This document shows, piece by piece, positions 1 through 9,855 of a stretch of DNA of 64,000 bases (its first letter is position 1; every line of letters starts with the position of its first letter). The stretch is from Anaerolineales bacterium (GTDB taxonomy: Bacteria; Chloroflexota; Anaerolineae; Anaerolineales; E44-bin32). A model generated the notes under the pieces. It worked only from the letters and a program-made list of their open reading frames with translations. It ran no database searches and was not told the DNA's origin. The DNA is taken from assembly GCA_034417075.1 (NCBI GenBank), contig DAOULU010000012.1, positions 211,342-275,341 on the forward strand. The letters run 5' to 3'. Made by a program: the position numbers and the translations under genes.

Positions 1-521
1 GTAAGGTGACGATGAAGTATCCCTCCTGCTACTTGATGGGACCACGGGCGCACGGCGAGATTCTATCGATGGCCTTCGCCGCCGACCATCAGCATCAGGA
101 TACTGGCGGCAAGGTGATCCATGTTGCGCCAAACACGACCAGCAAGATTACATCAAAGTCGATAAGCAAAGGCGGCGGCCGGGCTTCTTATCGCGGCTTG
201 CTGAAGGTGCACGATGGCGCTAAGAATTCGAAATCGAACGTGGTCTGTGATGCACTGCTGCTCGATGAGAATTCCCAATCGGATACCTATCCGTACATCG
301 AGATCGATGAAGAATTGGTAAACATCGGTCATGAAGCTTCGGTGAGCAAGGTGGGCGATGATCAACTCTTTTATTTGATGAGCCGTGGGTTGAGCGAAGA
401 GGAGGCGATCACCATGGTCGTCTCCGGTTTCATCGAACCGTTGGTCAAAGAACTGCCCATGGAATACGCCGTGGAGATGAATCGATTGATCCAACTCCAG
501 ATGGAAGGTTCGATCGGCTAA
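1..521 (+). CDS. sufB: Fe-S cluster assembly protein SufB, C-terminal part (gene begins upstream of window)
   Basis: Frame is open to the window edge. The tail ...[64 protein letters not shown] is the conserved SufB/SufD C-terminal signature. sufD-sufS-sufU follow. Confidence 0.9.
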   Translation, partial: KVTMKYPSCYLMGPRAHGEILSMAFAADHQHQDTGGKVIHVAPNTTSKITSKSISKGGGRASYRGLLKVHDGAKNSKSNVVCDALLLDENSQSDTYPYIEIDEELVNIGHEASVSKVGDDQLFYLMSRGLSEEEAITMVVSGFIEPLVKELPMEYAVEMNRLIQLQMEGSIG

Positions 522-569
522 TCCCTTCATGCAGTGCACGAAGGATCAACGACAAGGATAACTTGCGAT

Positions 570-1934
570 ATGAGTACTCGTACGATTGTAAAACGTAAAC
601 AGCCAATTGTCAGGCGCGGGACGGCTGATTTCACCTTCTCGGAAGCGGATGTACGGAAGATTTCTGCGGATTTGAACGAACCGGATTGGCTTGCCGAGAA
701 ACGCTTGATGGCATGGAAGCGTTTCAGGGACATGCCGCTGCCGACCTTGAAAGATGAAGCTTGGCGCCGAACGGATATCCGCTCGCTTCCGGCCGATACG
801 TTTGAGCTAAAACCTGCAGACGACATGGATGTTAATCGTGCATTGTTGGAACCCCTCATCGCAGACCAACACGGTTCGCTGCTGGTTATCAAGCCGGGGC
901 ATCCGCCTCAATGGGAACACGATGCTGAGGTTGACAAACAAGGTGTGATCTTTACCGATTGGGCGACGGCGGTCAGCGAACATGCGTCGCTCCTGGAAAA
1001 ACATCTGGGTATGATCGTCGCTGCAGATGAAGGGAAGTTCTCGGCCCTGGCAGCATCATTGGCGAGAGACGGCGTGCTGCTATATGTACCCGAGAACGTT
1101 CATCTCGAACAACCTCTACACGCAGTAATCTGGCCCACGGGAGTCGAGACGGCGTTCTTCAGTCGTTTGTTGATCGTTCTCGAGCAAGGAGCTTCCGCGA
1201 CGTTCGTGCACGAAGTGGCCTCGCCGACACGGCAAGAAGGCGAAGGCATGCATGCCGGTATCGTAGAAATTTCTGTGGGAATAGGCGCAGAGTTGACGTT
1301 CGTCGAGGTGCAGAATCTGGGAAAGAATGTCTGGAATTTTTCCCACGAACGTGCAAAAATAAGGGGTGACGGACGCTTGAACTGGATCTACGCCGGCGTG
1401 GGCAGCCACCTGACGAAAAATTTCAGTGACATCGATCTTCTGGGAGAGGGTGCTGAAGCGCGTATGTCTGCTTTCTATTTTGCGAACGGCGAACAGCATC
1501 TGGATCACGACACCCAACAGAACCATCTGGCCCCCCACACGACCAGTGACTTACTCTTCAAGGGTGCGCTATTGGATCGCAGCCGTTCCGTTTGGCAGGG
1601 AATGATCTACGTCGCTCCGGGCGCGCAAATCACGGACGGCTACCAGGCGAACCGCAATCTGCTGTTGAGTGAAAATGCGCGCGCGGATTCGATTCCCGGA
1701 TTGGAAATTCTGGCGGACGATGTGCGCTGCACCCATGGGGCAACCGTCGGGCAGCTCGAAGCTGAACCGATCTTCTATCTCATGTCTCGCGGGCTCCCGC
1801 GGGACATGGCGGAGCGACTGGTCATCGATGGCTTTTTCACGCCCATTATGGAGCGCATTCCATTCGAGCGTGTTCGCCAGCGATTTAAAGGGATGATCGA
1901 CGAGAAACTAAACGGTGATTCGTTGCTTGCATGA
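570..1934 (+). CDS. sufD: Fe-S cluster assembly protein SufD
   Basis: The 466-aa ORF (534..1934) has a SufB/D-type C-terminal beta-helix signature ([34 protein letters not shown]) and lies directly after sufB. ATG at 570 is preferred over GTG at 534, but the start is uncertain. Confidence 0.85.
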   Translation: MSTRTIVKRKQPIVRRGTADFTFSEADVRKISADLNEPDWLAEKRLMAWKRFRDMPLPTLKDEAWRRTDIRSLPADTFELKPADDMDVNRALLEPLIADQHGSLLVIKPGHPPQWEHDAEVDKQGVIFTDWATAVSEHASLLEKHLGMIVAADEGKFSALAASLARDGVLLYVPENVHLEQPLHAVIWPTGVETAFFSRLLIVLEQGASATFVHEVASPTRQEGEGMHAGIVEISVGIGAELTFVEVQNLGKNVWNFSHERAKIRGDGRLNWIYAGVGSHLTKNFSDIDLLGEGAEARMSAFYFANGEQHLDHDTQQNHLAPHTTSDLLFKGALLDRSRSVWQGMIYVAPGAQITDGYQANRNLLLSENARADSIPGLEILADDVRCTHGATVGQLEAEPIFYLMSRGLPRDMAERLVIDGFFTPIMERIPFERVRQRFKGMIDEKLNGDSLLA

Positions 1935-1972
1935 ACAAGCAGCTCAGCTCAATGTAAAGGCGGGGTATTCAA

Positions 1973-2278
1973 GTGACGAAAAAAATGGTGAATCCTTTAA
2001 TAGACGGGCAAATTGCCCAGGAACAGTATCAGGTCGGAGATCGGGTCGAGGTTTTCTGCGATCACGACCGCGAGGGGCGCCGCGTGCGAGATTGGATGGA
2101 AGGCGTCGTCGTACAGGCCGAAGAGAAACGCGTTGCGGTTCAATTCGCCGAGGACGTCTACCTGACTGACGGCTGGATGGTTCCGGATCGCGTCCTGTGG
2201 TGTCCACAGGGCAGTGAGAAGATCCGTCCGGCGACGAAACGACGCTCGAGCAAGCGCCCCAAGTCGAAGAAGAAGTAA
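1973..2278 (+). CDS. small hypothetical protein with SH3/Tudor-like core and Lys/Arg-rich tail
   Basis: The 101-aa ORF exactly fills the sufD-sufS gap on the same strand. GTG start at 1973, alternative ATG at 1985. Tail is ATKRRSSKRPKSKKK. No recognised family. Confidence 0.5.
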   Translation: MTKKMVNPLIDGQIAQEQYQVGDRVEVFCDHDREGRRVRDWMEGVVVQAEEKRVAVQFAEDVYLTDGWMVPDRVLWCPQGSEKIRPATKRRSSKRPKSKKK

Positions 2279-2300
2279 GGAACTGCGGACAAGGATTTGA

Positions 2301-3548
2301 ATGGTGCAATCTCAGGTGAAGGTCTTCGACGTCGAACGAATTCGTGAACAATTCCCAATTATTTCGCGGGAAGTCTACCCCGGAACGAGATTGGTCTATC
2401 TCGATTCGGCGGCGACCTCACAAAAACCCAGGTTGGTGATCGATGCTTTGGTGGATTTTTATGAGCATCACAATTCGAACATCCATCGCGGTATTCATAA
2501 ATTGGCGGAAGAAGCTACGCAGGCTCACGAAGATGCCCGCCGGCGGATCGCGGATTTTATCGGCGCCAGTGCCGCGCGCGAGCTGGTTTTCACCCGCAAT
2601 GCGACCGAATCGATCAATTTGTTAGCCAATGCGTGGGGACGAGCGAATTTGAAACCCGGCGATCTCGTGTTGCTCACGGAAATGGAACACCATTCGAATC
2701 TCGTGCCGTGGTATTTGTTGGCCGAGGAAATCGGTTTTCGTTTGGAATTCGTGCCAGTAACGGATGATGGGAAATTGGATCTCGAAGCGTATCGAACGTT
2801 GCTGGAGGAAAGACCGCGTTTAGTCTCTTTCATTCACGTCTCCAACATGCTGGGTACGATCAATCCTGTGGCGCAGATGACGGACCTGGCGCATGATGCG
2901 GGTGCGTTGGTTTTAGTCGATGGTGCGCAATCTGTACCGCATATTGCCGTGAATGTGCGTGAATTGGATGTCGATTTTTACGCGTTCTCCGGTCACAAGA
3001 TGTGCGGCCCGACGGGAATCGGGGTCTTCTACGGGCGTGAAGCGCTTTTGGAAGCGATGCCGCCGTTCATGGGCGGCGGAGACATGATTAAACGAGTACA
3101 CCTCGATGGTTTTACGACCAACGATATTCCCTGGAAGTTCGAAGCGGGGACACCGGCGATCGCGCAGGCAATCGGATTGGGCGCCGCCGTCGATTTCCTG
3201 AACGAAGTGGGCATTGAAGATGTTCACGCGCATGAGCAAGTCCTGACGGGCTACGCTTTAGATCGCCTCAGCGAAGTCCCGGGCGTGACGATCTACGGAC
3301 CTGAATTGGAAGCGCGTGGCGGAGTCGTATCCTTTACCATGCAAGGTATCCATCCCCATGATATAGCCCAGATATTGGACCACGATGGGATCGCGGTGCG
3401 AGCCGGTCATCATTGCACCATGCCACTTCACGAGCGTCTCGATATCCCTGCTTCCGTGCGTGCTTCTTTTTATCTGTATAATACGACGGAGGAAATCGAT
3501 CGCTTGGTCGAAGGACTGCACAAAGTCATCAAGATGTTCGACATCTAG
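2301..3548 (+). CDS. sufS: cysteine desulfurase SufS (class V aminotransferase, group II)
   Basis: PLP-lysine motif SGHKMCGPTGIG, catalytic-Cys loop RAGHHCTMP, aagga RBS before the ATG, suf operon context. Confidence 0.93.
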   Translation: MVQSQVKVFDVERIREQFPIISREVYPGTRLVYLDSAATSQKPRLVIDALVDFYEHHNSNIHRGIHKLAEEATQAHEDARRRIADFIGASAARELVFTRNATESINLLANAWGRANLKPGDLVLLTEMEHHSNLVPWYLLAEEIGFRLEFVPVTDDGKLDLEAYRTLLEERPRLVSFIHVSNMLGTINPVAQMTDLAHDAGALVLVDGAQSVPHIAVNVRELDVDFYAFSGHKMCGPTGIGVFYGREALLEAMPPFMGGGDMIKRVHLDGFTTNDIPWKFEAGTPAIAQAIGLGAAVDFLNEVGIEDVHAHEQVLTGYALDRLSEVPGVTIYGPELEARGGVVSFTMQGIHPHDIAQILDHDGIAVRAGHHCTMPLHERLDIPASVRASFYLYNTTEEIDRLVEGLHKVIKMFDI

Positions 3549-3629
3549 TCAATAGATCAGAGCGCTTTGGCATCTCGTGGGTGGACGAATCACGAATTGG
3601 AAATTATGCGATATCATTAATATTAAGCC

Positions 3630-4028
3630 ATGGAAGATCTGTACCGGGAACAAATCATCGACCGATATAAAAACCCTCGCATGCGGGGATCACTCGACCC
3701 GCATGATTTTTCGTATGAGGACGACAATCCACTCTGCGGTGATCGAATTCGCATCGACCTGCGCGTAGACGAGGACGATTGCGTGACGGAGGCGGCTTTC
3801 ACCGGAACAGGCTGCGCCATCTCGATCGCCTCGGCAGACTTGCTTGTGGAATCGATCGTGGGCAAAAAGCTCGATGAAATCCGAAAGCTAAGCAAACAGG
3901 ACATACTCGATATGCTGGGGATCGAAGTGGGGCCTATTCGCTTAAAGTGCGCCTTGCTTTCTCTGAAAGTGTTGAAGGCGAGCGTTTACGGAATGGATAC
4001 CATCGAAGACGAGATCACGTTGGAGTAA
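3630..4028 (+). CDS. sufU: SufU/IscU-like Fe-S scaffold or sulfur-acceptor protein
   Basis: 132 aa with the three conserved Cys contexts (NPLCGD, GTGCAIS, RLKCALL) typical of the SufU/NifU N-terminal family. Lies directly after sufS. Confidence 0.85.
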   Translation: MEDLYREQIIDRYKNPRMRGSLDPHDFSYEDDNPLCGDRIRIDLRVDEDDCVTEAAFTGTGCAISIASADLLVESIVGKKLDEIRKLSKQDILDMLGIEVGPIRLKCALLSLKVLKASVYGMDTIEDEITLE

Positions 4029-4031
4029 CCG

Positions 4032-4388
4032 TTGACGTTCAATTACCGCGAATTTTCCGACGAAAAACTCGAATTCGTGGCCGTTGCGGAAGTCGCAGAC
4101 TTGGCAGATGGCGAGCGTCTGTTCCTGGAAATCGATAGCACCCCGATCGCGGTTTTCAACATCGCTGGGCAATACTTCGCCATAGACGACGTATGTTCAC
4201 ACGATAATGGGCCGGTTGCCGAAGGCGATCTCGTCGATCATTCGATCGAGTGTCCGCGGCATGGGGCTCGCTTCGATCTGGAAAGCGGAAAGGCACTCTC
4301 CATGCCGGCCGTGGTCGACATCGCGGCCTATCCCGTGCGCGTGGAAAGCGAGCAAATCCTGGTCGGGTTGCCCGTGGCACCATCCTGA
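4032..4388 (+). CDS. Rieske [2Fe-2S] ferredoxin-like protein
   Basis: Rieske motifs CSHDNGP (CxH) and CPRHGARF (CxxH). TTG start 6 nt after a ggag. Last gene of the suf operon. Confidence 0.85.
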   Translation: MTFNYREFSDEKLEFVAVAEVADLADGERLFLEIDSTPIAVFNIAGQYFAIDDVCSHDNGPVAEGDLVDHSIECPRHGARFDLESGKALSMPAVVDIAAYPVRVESEQILVGLPVAPS

Positions 4389-4466
4389 GCGGTAGAGAAA
4401 AGCAGTCAGACGTGTTTCCTCTCGTTCGGTCAGGCATACGTTGGATGTAAGCTGATAAATATGACG

Positions 4467-4496
4467 AAACGCCCCTGACGTCGGGGTGTTTTTGTA
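4467..4496 (+). terminator. putative intrinsic terminator after the suf operon
   Basis: Stem aaacgcccc (4467-4475) / ggggtgttt (4483-4491, one G-U pair), 7-nt loop, T-rich tail to 4496. Confidence 0.5.
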
Positions 4497-4607
4497 TTAT
4501 GATTATATATTGTGTGAGTGGCGCCGTGGCCGCGCAAGCAGCGGACGCGGCGCGGATATTGTTCCCTCGATAATACAAATACTCCATTCGGAGTTTGGAG
4601 GACTTAA

Positions 4608-7301
4608 ATGGCAAAAAAATGGGTTTTTATGTTCGACGAGGTTGATCAGGCTGAGAAGAAGGCCGGCTCCTGGGAAGGTGTACGTGGGTTGTTGGGAGGC
4701 AAAGGCGCCAACTTGGGGGATATGACTCGCATCGGCGCTCCCGTGCCTCCCGGATTTACGGTGACCACCGAAGCTTGTAATGCCTACCTGGATGCGGGAA
4801 ACAAATTTCCCGAGGGGCTGTGGGACCAAGAACTTGAAGCGATGAAGGAAGTGGAAAAAAAGACGGGTAAGAAGTTCGGGGACCCCCAGAACCCGCTTCT
4901 GGTTTCCAGCCGCTCCGGCGCCAAGTTCTCGATGCCGGGCATGATGGACACCGTACTCAACATCGGTCTCAACGACGAAACGGCCGACGGAATGATCGAG
5001 TTGACCAAAGATCCCCGCTTCGTCTACGACTCGTATCGACGGTTGGTGCAGATGTTCGGCACCGTGGTGATGGGTGTCTCGGACGAACCTTTCGAAGAGG
5101 TCATCACCGAGTACCGCAAGAAACGTGGTGTGGAAACCGACGCTGAGCTTACCGCCGAGGACTGGAAAGAGATCACCGATAAGTTCAAGAAAATCGTAAA
5201 AGAGAACACAGGCAAGGAATTCCCGACCGATCCATACGAACAGCTGCGCATGGCGACCGAAGCGGTATTTGCTTCCTGGAACGGAAAACGAGCCGTGGAC
5301 TATCGCAACGGCGCAGGCATTTCACACGATCTGGGAACGGGTGTGAACATTCAGACCATGGTCTTCGGCAACATGGGTGACGACTCGGGGACCGGAGTGG
5401 CCACAACGCGTAACATCACCGTGGGTACGAAAGATGTCGAAGGTGACTTCCTCATCAACGCCCAGGGAGAAGACGTGGTTGCGGGTATCCGCCAAACACT
5501 CGAGATCGAAGAGCTGAAGAAGCAGATGCCCAAGATTTACAAACAATTCGAAGACATCCTCCAGAATCTCGAAAATCATTACCGCGAGGTGCAGGACGTC
5601 GAATTCACCATCGAGCACGGCAAGCTGTGGATGCTGCAGACGCGCGACAGTAAACGCACCGCACAGGCCGCGGTCCGCATCGCCGTAGATCTAGCGAACG
5701 AAGGGTTGATCTCTAAGGAAGAGGCGGTAAAACGCGTTTCGCCGGATCAGGTGGATTTCTTCCTTCATCCCCAGTTCGACGCCAAGGCTAAAAAAGCAGC
5801 CGCCGAGGCCGGGAGGAAAATCGCAGAGGGCTTGAACGTCTCGCCCGGTGCAGCAGTAGGGCAGATTGCTTTCGACGCCGACACAGCCGAGAAGTGGGCC
5901 AAGGAAGACGGACTCGAAGTCATCATGGTGCGCCCCGAGACCAAGCCCGATGACGTACACGGCATGTTGGCGGCGAACGGCATCCTCACCAGCCGAGGCG
6001 GACGTACGAGTCACGCTGCGCTGGTCGCTCGCCAGTTCGGCAAGCCGGCCGTCGTCGGCTGTTCGGCGTTGGAACTCGACCTCTTTGAACGGCAGATGAC
6101 CGTCGATGGACAGGTGATTAAAGAGGGTGACTGGGTATCGATCGACGGAACACTTGGCGAGGTGTACCTCGGCCAGTTGGATACCGTCGTTCCCGATATC
6201 AATGATCCCTACCTGATTAAACTGCTCTCATGGGCGGACGATATTCGTCGACTGGGCGTATATGCCAACTCCGACTACCCGCGAGATGCACAACGCGCCC
6301 GCGATTATGGCGCGCAGGGTATCGGTCTGTGCCGCACGGAGCACATGTTCTTTGAAACAGAACGCTTGCCCTTTGTGCAGCAGATGATCTTGGCCAAGAC
6401 GGAAAAAGAACGCGAGGAGGCGTTGGCGAAATTGCTTCCGTTCCAGCGTTCCGATTTCGAAGGCTTGTTCCGAGTAATGGACGGCTTGCCGGTCATCATC
6501 CGCCTGATCGATCCGCCGCTCCACGAATTTCTTCCAAGTCACGATGAACTCCTGGTGGAAGTTACCGAATTGAGGATCAAGGGCGGCAACAAGAAAGAAC
6601 TGGCCGAGAAAGAGGAGATGCTGGAGGCCGTCGAATCCATGCGGGAAGCCAACCCGATGTTGGGACTGCGCGGCGTCCGCCTCGGTATTCACATGCCGGG
6701 TGTGACCAAGATGCAGGTACGCGCGATTTTCGAGGCGGCCTGCCTGGTGACCAAGGACGGCGTCGAAGTCCATCCCGAGGTGATGATCCCGCTTACCAGC
6801 CACGTGAACGAGCTGAAGGTCCAGCAAGCCACACTGGAAGAAGTCGCCAAGGCCGTGATGGAAGAGCAGGGCTGCGAAGTGGATTACATGTTCGGCACGA
6901 TGATCGAAATCCCTCGCGCTGCGCTGACGGCAGGACAGATTGCCGAGCACGCACAGTTCTTCTCCTTTGGCACGAATGATCTCACGCAAACGACCTTCGG
7001 CATCAGCCGCGACGATGCTGAGGCGGGATTCCTCATCGAGTATATCGAAAAAGGCATTTTACCGACCAACCCGTTCCAGACGATCGATCGCGATGGAGTG
7101 GGACGGTTGATGCGCATCGCAACCACGGAAGGCCGCGAGACTCGGCCCGAACTGGAAGTGGGTATCTGCGGCGAACACGGTGGAGATCCCGATTCGATCC
7201 GCCAGTGTCATGAGTACGGATTGAACTACGTGAGCTGCTCACCGTTCCGCGTGCCGATTGCACGACTGGCTGCAGCCCATGCGGCTTTGGAGCAGGCGTA
7301 A
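4608..7301 (+). CDS. ppdK: pyruvate, phosphate dikinase
   Basis: 897 aa. Phosphohistidine motif GGRTSHAALVARQFGKP, C-terminal PEP-utilising motif GICGEHGGDP, ggagg RBS before the ATG. Confidence 0.95.
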   Translation: MAKKWVFMFDEVDQAEKKAGSWEGVRGLLGGKGANLGDMTRIGAPVPPGFTVTTEACNAYLDAGNKFPEGLWDQELEAMKEVEKKTGKKFGDPQNPLLVSSRSGAKFSMPGMMDTVLNIGLNDETADGMIELTKDPRFVYDSYRRLVQMFGTVVMGVSDEPFEEVITEYRKKRGVETDAELTAEDWKEITDKFKKIVKENTGKEFPTDPYEQLRMATEAVFASWNGKRAVDYRNGAGISHDLGTGVNIQTMVFGNMGDDSGTGVATTRNITVGTKDVEGDFLINAQGEDVVAGIRQTLEIEELKKQMPKIYKQFEDILQNLENHYREVQDVEFTIEHGKLWMLQTRDSKRTAQAAVRIAVDLANEGLISKEEAVKRVSPDQVDFFLHPQFDAKAKKAAAEAGRKIAEGLNVSPGAAVGQIAFDADTAEKWAKEDGLEVIMVRPETKPDDVHGMLAANGILTSRGGRTSHAALVARQFGKPAVVGCSALELDLFERQMTVDGQVIKEGDWVSIDGTLGEVYLGQLDTVVPDINDPYLIKLLSWADDIRRLGVYANSDYPRDAQRARDYGAQGIGLCRTEHMFFETERLPFVQQMILAKTEKEREEALAKLLPFQRSDFEGLFRVMDGLPVIIRLIDPPLHEFLPSHDELLVEVTELRIKGGNKKELAEKEEMLEAVESMREANPMLGLRGVRLGIHMPGVTKMQVRAIFEAACLVTKDGVEVHPEVMIPLTSHVNELKVQQATLEEVAKAVMEEQGCEVDYMFGTMIEIPRAALTAGQIAEHAQFFSFGTNDLTQTTFGISRDDAEAGFLIEYIEKGILPTNPFQTIDRDGVGRLMRIATTEGRETRPELEVGICGEHGGDPDSIRQCHEYGLNYVSCSPFRVPIARLAAAHAALEQA

Positions 7302-7330
7302 AGCTATTAGGTATTTCGGATCGACAAGCG

Positions 7331-7367
7331 AAGGGTGCATCCTCTTGGGATGTACCCTTTGTATTTT
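7331..7367 (+). terminator. intrinsic terminator after ppdK
   Basis: 12-bp stem aagggtgcatcc / ggatgtaccctt (one G-U pair), 5-nt loop, followed by tgtatttt. Confidence 0.65.
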
Positions 7368-7469
7368 GCCGGGAAATCGAAAATAGTCGTAGTTTCTGGT
7401 TTCGTGTACAATGACGCGACGAGTGCATGGGGAATGTCGAAAAATAAGCCAGACCCGTAGGAGAGTTTT

Positions 7470-9782
7470 GTGAACGCCGAAATGGAACGTGCACAAAGAA
7501 GAGAAGATGTCACGTTGAGCCGTGACCTCAACTTATTCACCGTAACCATGATCGGTGTCGGTGGCATGGTGGGTGCGGGCATCTTCGTCCTCACGGGTAT
7601 CGCCGCCGGTATCGCAGGTCCGGCTTTGATACTTGTCTTCCTGCTCAACGGTCTCGTGACTTCGTTTACGGCGATGTCCTACGCGGAGCTTGGTTCTGCA
7701 TTTCCAGGTGCGGGAGGCGGCTACCAATGGATCAAAGAAGCACTCGGGGGGACGTTAGGGTTCTTGTCCGGTTGGATGAGTTGGTTTGCCCAGACCATAG
7801 CCGGCAGCTTGTATGCGCTGGCGTTCGGTCGTTTTGCAGCCGAATTGGTATTCCTCTTCAATATACCGGTTGCGGGATTGTCTGTAGAGCAATTGAGCCG
7901 GATTTTCATGACGCTCATTATCTTCTTGTTCATCGCTACCAATTACAGGGGTGCATCTGAAACAGCCGCAGTCGGTAATTTTCTCACGGTGACTAAAATC
8001 GCAATTCTAGGTTGTTTGGTAATCTTTGGTATCGCTGCCATGCTGCGGTCGGATTCCTGGTACACGCGCTTCACTGCTGATTTCTTCCCGAACGGCTTTT
8101 TCAGTGTATTCGTGGCAATGGGGTTGACCTTTATTGCCTTTGAGGGCTACGAGATTATCGCCCAATCGGGAGAGGAAGTCATCGATCCGAATCGCAACAT
8201 CCCGCGGGCAGTCTTTTATTCGATCGGTATCGCGGTCTTGATTTATGTATTGGTGGGTTTCGTAGCGATCGGTGCCGTCCAACCTCCGAACGATCAGGCG
8301 GGATATGCTTACCTTGGTCAGCAAGGTGAAATCGCTGTGATCCAAGTCGCTCAGCAAGTATTCCCATTAGGCATTGGCGGTCTGATCCTGCTGTTGAGCG
8401 GACTGGCGTCCACGACTTCAGCCTTAAACGCTACGACCTATGCTTCGTCTCGAGTCTCTTTTGCCATGGGCCGTGATCACAACCTACCGTCGTTTTTCGC
8501 CAAGATCCACCCCCAACGCCACACGCCGTATTTGGCCGTGTTGGCTACCGGCGGATTGATGGTCATCATGGCTTGGACCCTTCCCATCGAGGATGTCGCC
8601 TCTGCGGCGAGTATCATGTTCTTGCTGCTATTTTTAATGGTCAATCTCGCCGTGTTGTTCCTGCGGTTGCAGCGGCCCGAACTCGAGCGTGGTTTTATGG
8701 TGCCCTGGTTTCCGGTGCTACCGGTGCTCGCGATTCTCTCCAACGCAATTCTGGCGCTTTATGTGTTCCAATTCAGTGCCATTGCCTGGTATGCGACCCT
8801 CATCTGGGTGGTGATCGGTTTGCTTGCCTACGCATTTTATTTCTCGCGCGTCGAGGAGATGGAAAAACCCAAAGAAATCTTGCTCGAAGAAGTCTTGGTC
8901 AGCCGGGATTATTCCATCTTGGTTCCAGTGTCCACGAAGGAGGAAGCGCGGGTTCTGGGAGCCATTGGAGCGATCTTGGCTCAACAGCGACAGGGGGAAG
9001 TCCTGGCGCTTAACGTGGCCAAAGTGCCGCCGCAGCTAACACTGGGAGACGGGCGCTACCTGCTCCGCGAGGGCCGCGTACACCTGGAAGAAGTCATCGA
9101 GCAAGCCCGAAGCTACGATGTTCCCGTACACACCATTATCCGCCTCGGACGGAACGTGTCAGCGGCAATTCGTCAGACGGCGATGGAAAATGCTTCCGAC
9201 CTTATCGTTCTGGGGTGGCCTGGCTACACCCACACATCTGGCAGAGTATTCGGATCGGTGATCGATCCCATCGTGGATAATCCGCCGACGGACGTGGTCG
9301 TCGTGCGCTACCGTCAATGGCGTCCCTTGAAGAAAATTCTCGTGCCGGTTTCCGGGGGTCCGAACAGCCGGCGAGCGGTCAAATTGGCGGTGGACATGGC
9401 GTCGGCGGAGAAACCGGAGCCTGCGTTGGTCACTGCGCTGCACATCGTTCCCTTCCATGCCAAAGAGCAAGGTCACGTGCGCGGCTCCCGGGCGTTGCAA
9501 GACAGTGTCGACGGGATCGAGTTTGGGCACCTCGAAACGCGTGTCGTAAAAGGTTCCGATCTCGGGACGACGATCCTGGAGCAAGCGGAGGGCTACGACT
9601 TGATCGTCCTCGCCGCGAGCGAGGAGCCGGTGTTCAAGAATCTATTGGTCGGAACGATGACGGAACGCGTTGCCCGGCAAGCCGAAGTGACGGTGATGAT
9701 GGTAAAGCGGCGCAGCACTCCACTGCACAGCTTCGTGCGTCAGGCACTGCTGGAACCTACCGTTCCGAAACCATTGGATTGA
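7470..9782 (+). CDS. APC-family amino acid/polyamine permease fused to two C-terminal universal stress protein (UspA) domains
   Basis: About 12 hydrophobic segments in the first ~450 aa. Two Usp-like modules follow (YSILVPVSTKEEARVLG... and KKILVPVSGGPNSRRAVKLAVDMA...VTALHIVP). aggag RBS before GTG 7470. Confidence 0.85.
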   Translation: MNAEMERAQRREDVTLSRDLNLFTVTMIGVGGMVGAGIFVLTGIAAGIAGPALILVFLLNGLVTSFTAMSYAELGSAFPGAGGGYQWIKEALGGTLGFLSGWMSWFAQTIAGSLYALAFGRFAAELVFLFNIPVAGLSVEQLSRIFMTLIIFLFIATNYRGASETAAVGNFLTVTKIAILGCLVIFGIAAMLRSDSWYTRFTADFFPNGFFSVFVAMGLTFIAFEGYEIIAQSGEEVIDPNRNIPRAVFYSIGIAVLIYVLVGFVAIGAVQPPNDQAGYAYLGQQGEIAVIQVAQQVFPLGIGGLILLLSGLASTTSALNATTYASSRVSFAMGRDHNLPSFFAKIHPQRHTPYLAVLATGGLMVIMAWTLPIEDVASAASIMFLLLFLMVNLAVLFLRLQRPELERGFMVPWFPVLPVLAILSNAILALYVFQFSAIAWYATLIWVVIGLLAYAFYFSRVEEMEKPKEILLEEVLVSRDYSILVPVSTKEEARVLGAIGAILAQQRQGEVLALNVAKVPPQLTLGDGRYLLREGRVHLEEVIEQARSYDVPVHTIIRLGRNVSAAIRQTAMENASDLIVLGWPGYTHTSGRVFGSVIDPIVDNPPTDVVVVRYRQWRPLKKILVPVSGGPNSRRAVKLAVDMASAEKPEPALVTALHIVPFHAKEQGHVRGSRALQDSVDGIEFGHLETRVVKGSDLGTTILEQAEGYDLIVLAASEEPVFKNLLVGTMTERVARQAEVTVMMVKRRSTPLHSFVRQALLEPTVPKPLD

Positions 9783-9804
9783 ATCCAGAAGAAATTACGC
9801 TCAT

Positions 9805-9834
9805 AAAAAACAAGCTCCCCATATTGGGGAGCTT
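9805..9834 (-). terminator. intrinsic terminator between convergent genes (best on the minus strand)
   Basis: Perfect 9-bp stem aagctcccc / ggggagctt with 5-nt loop. On the minus strand it is followed by gtttttt. Confidence 0.65.
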
Positions 9835-9855
9835 ATAGTTATGGCTCTCAATGGT

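Noticed and set aside
6228-6989. 253-aa minus-strand ORF inside ppdK
   Set aside because: It lies entirely antisense to a strongly supported 897-aa PPDK gene. The composition is low-complexity, His/Arg/Gln/Phe-rich, and typical of antisense translation. No motif, and no RBS checked.
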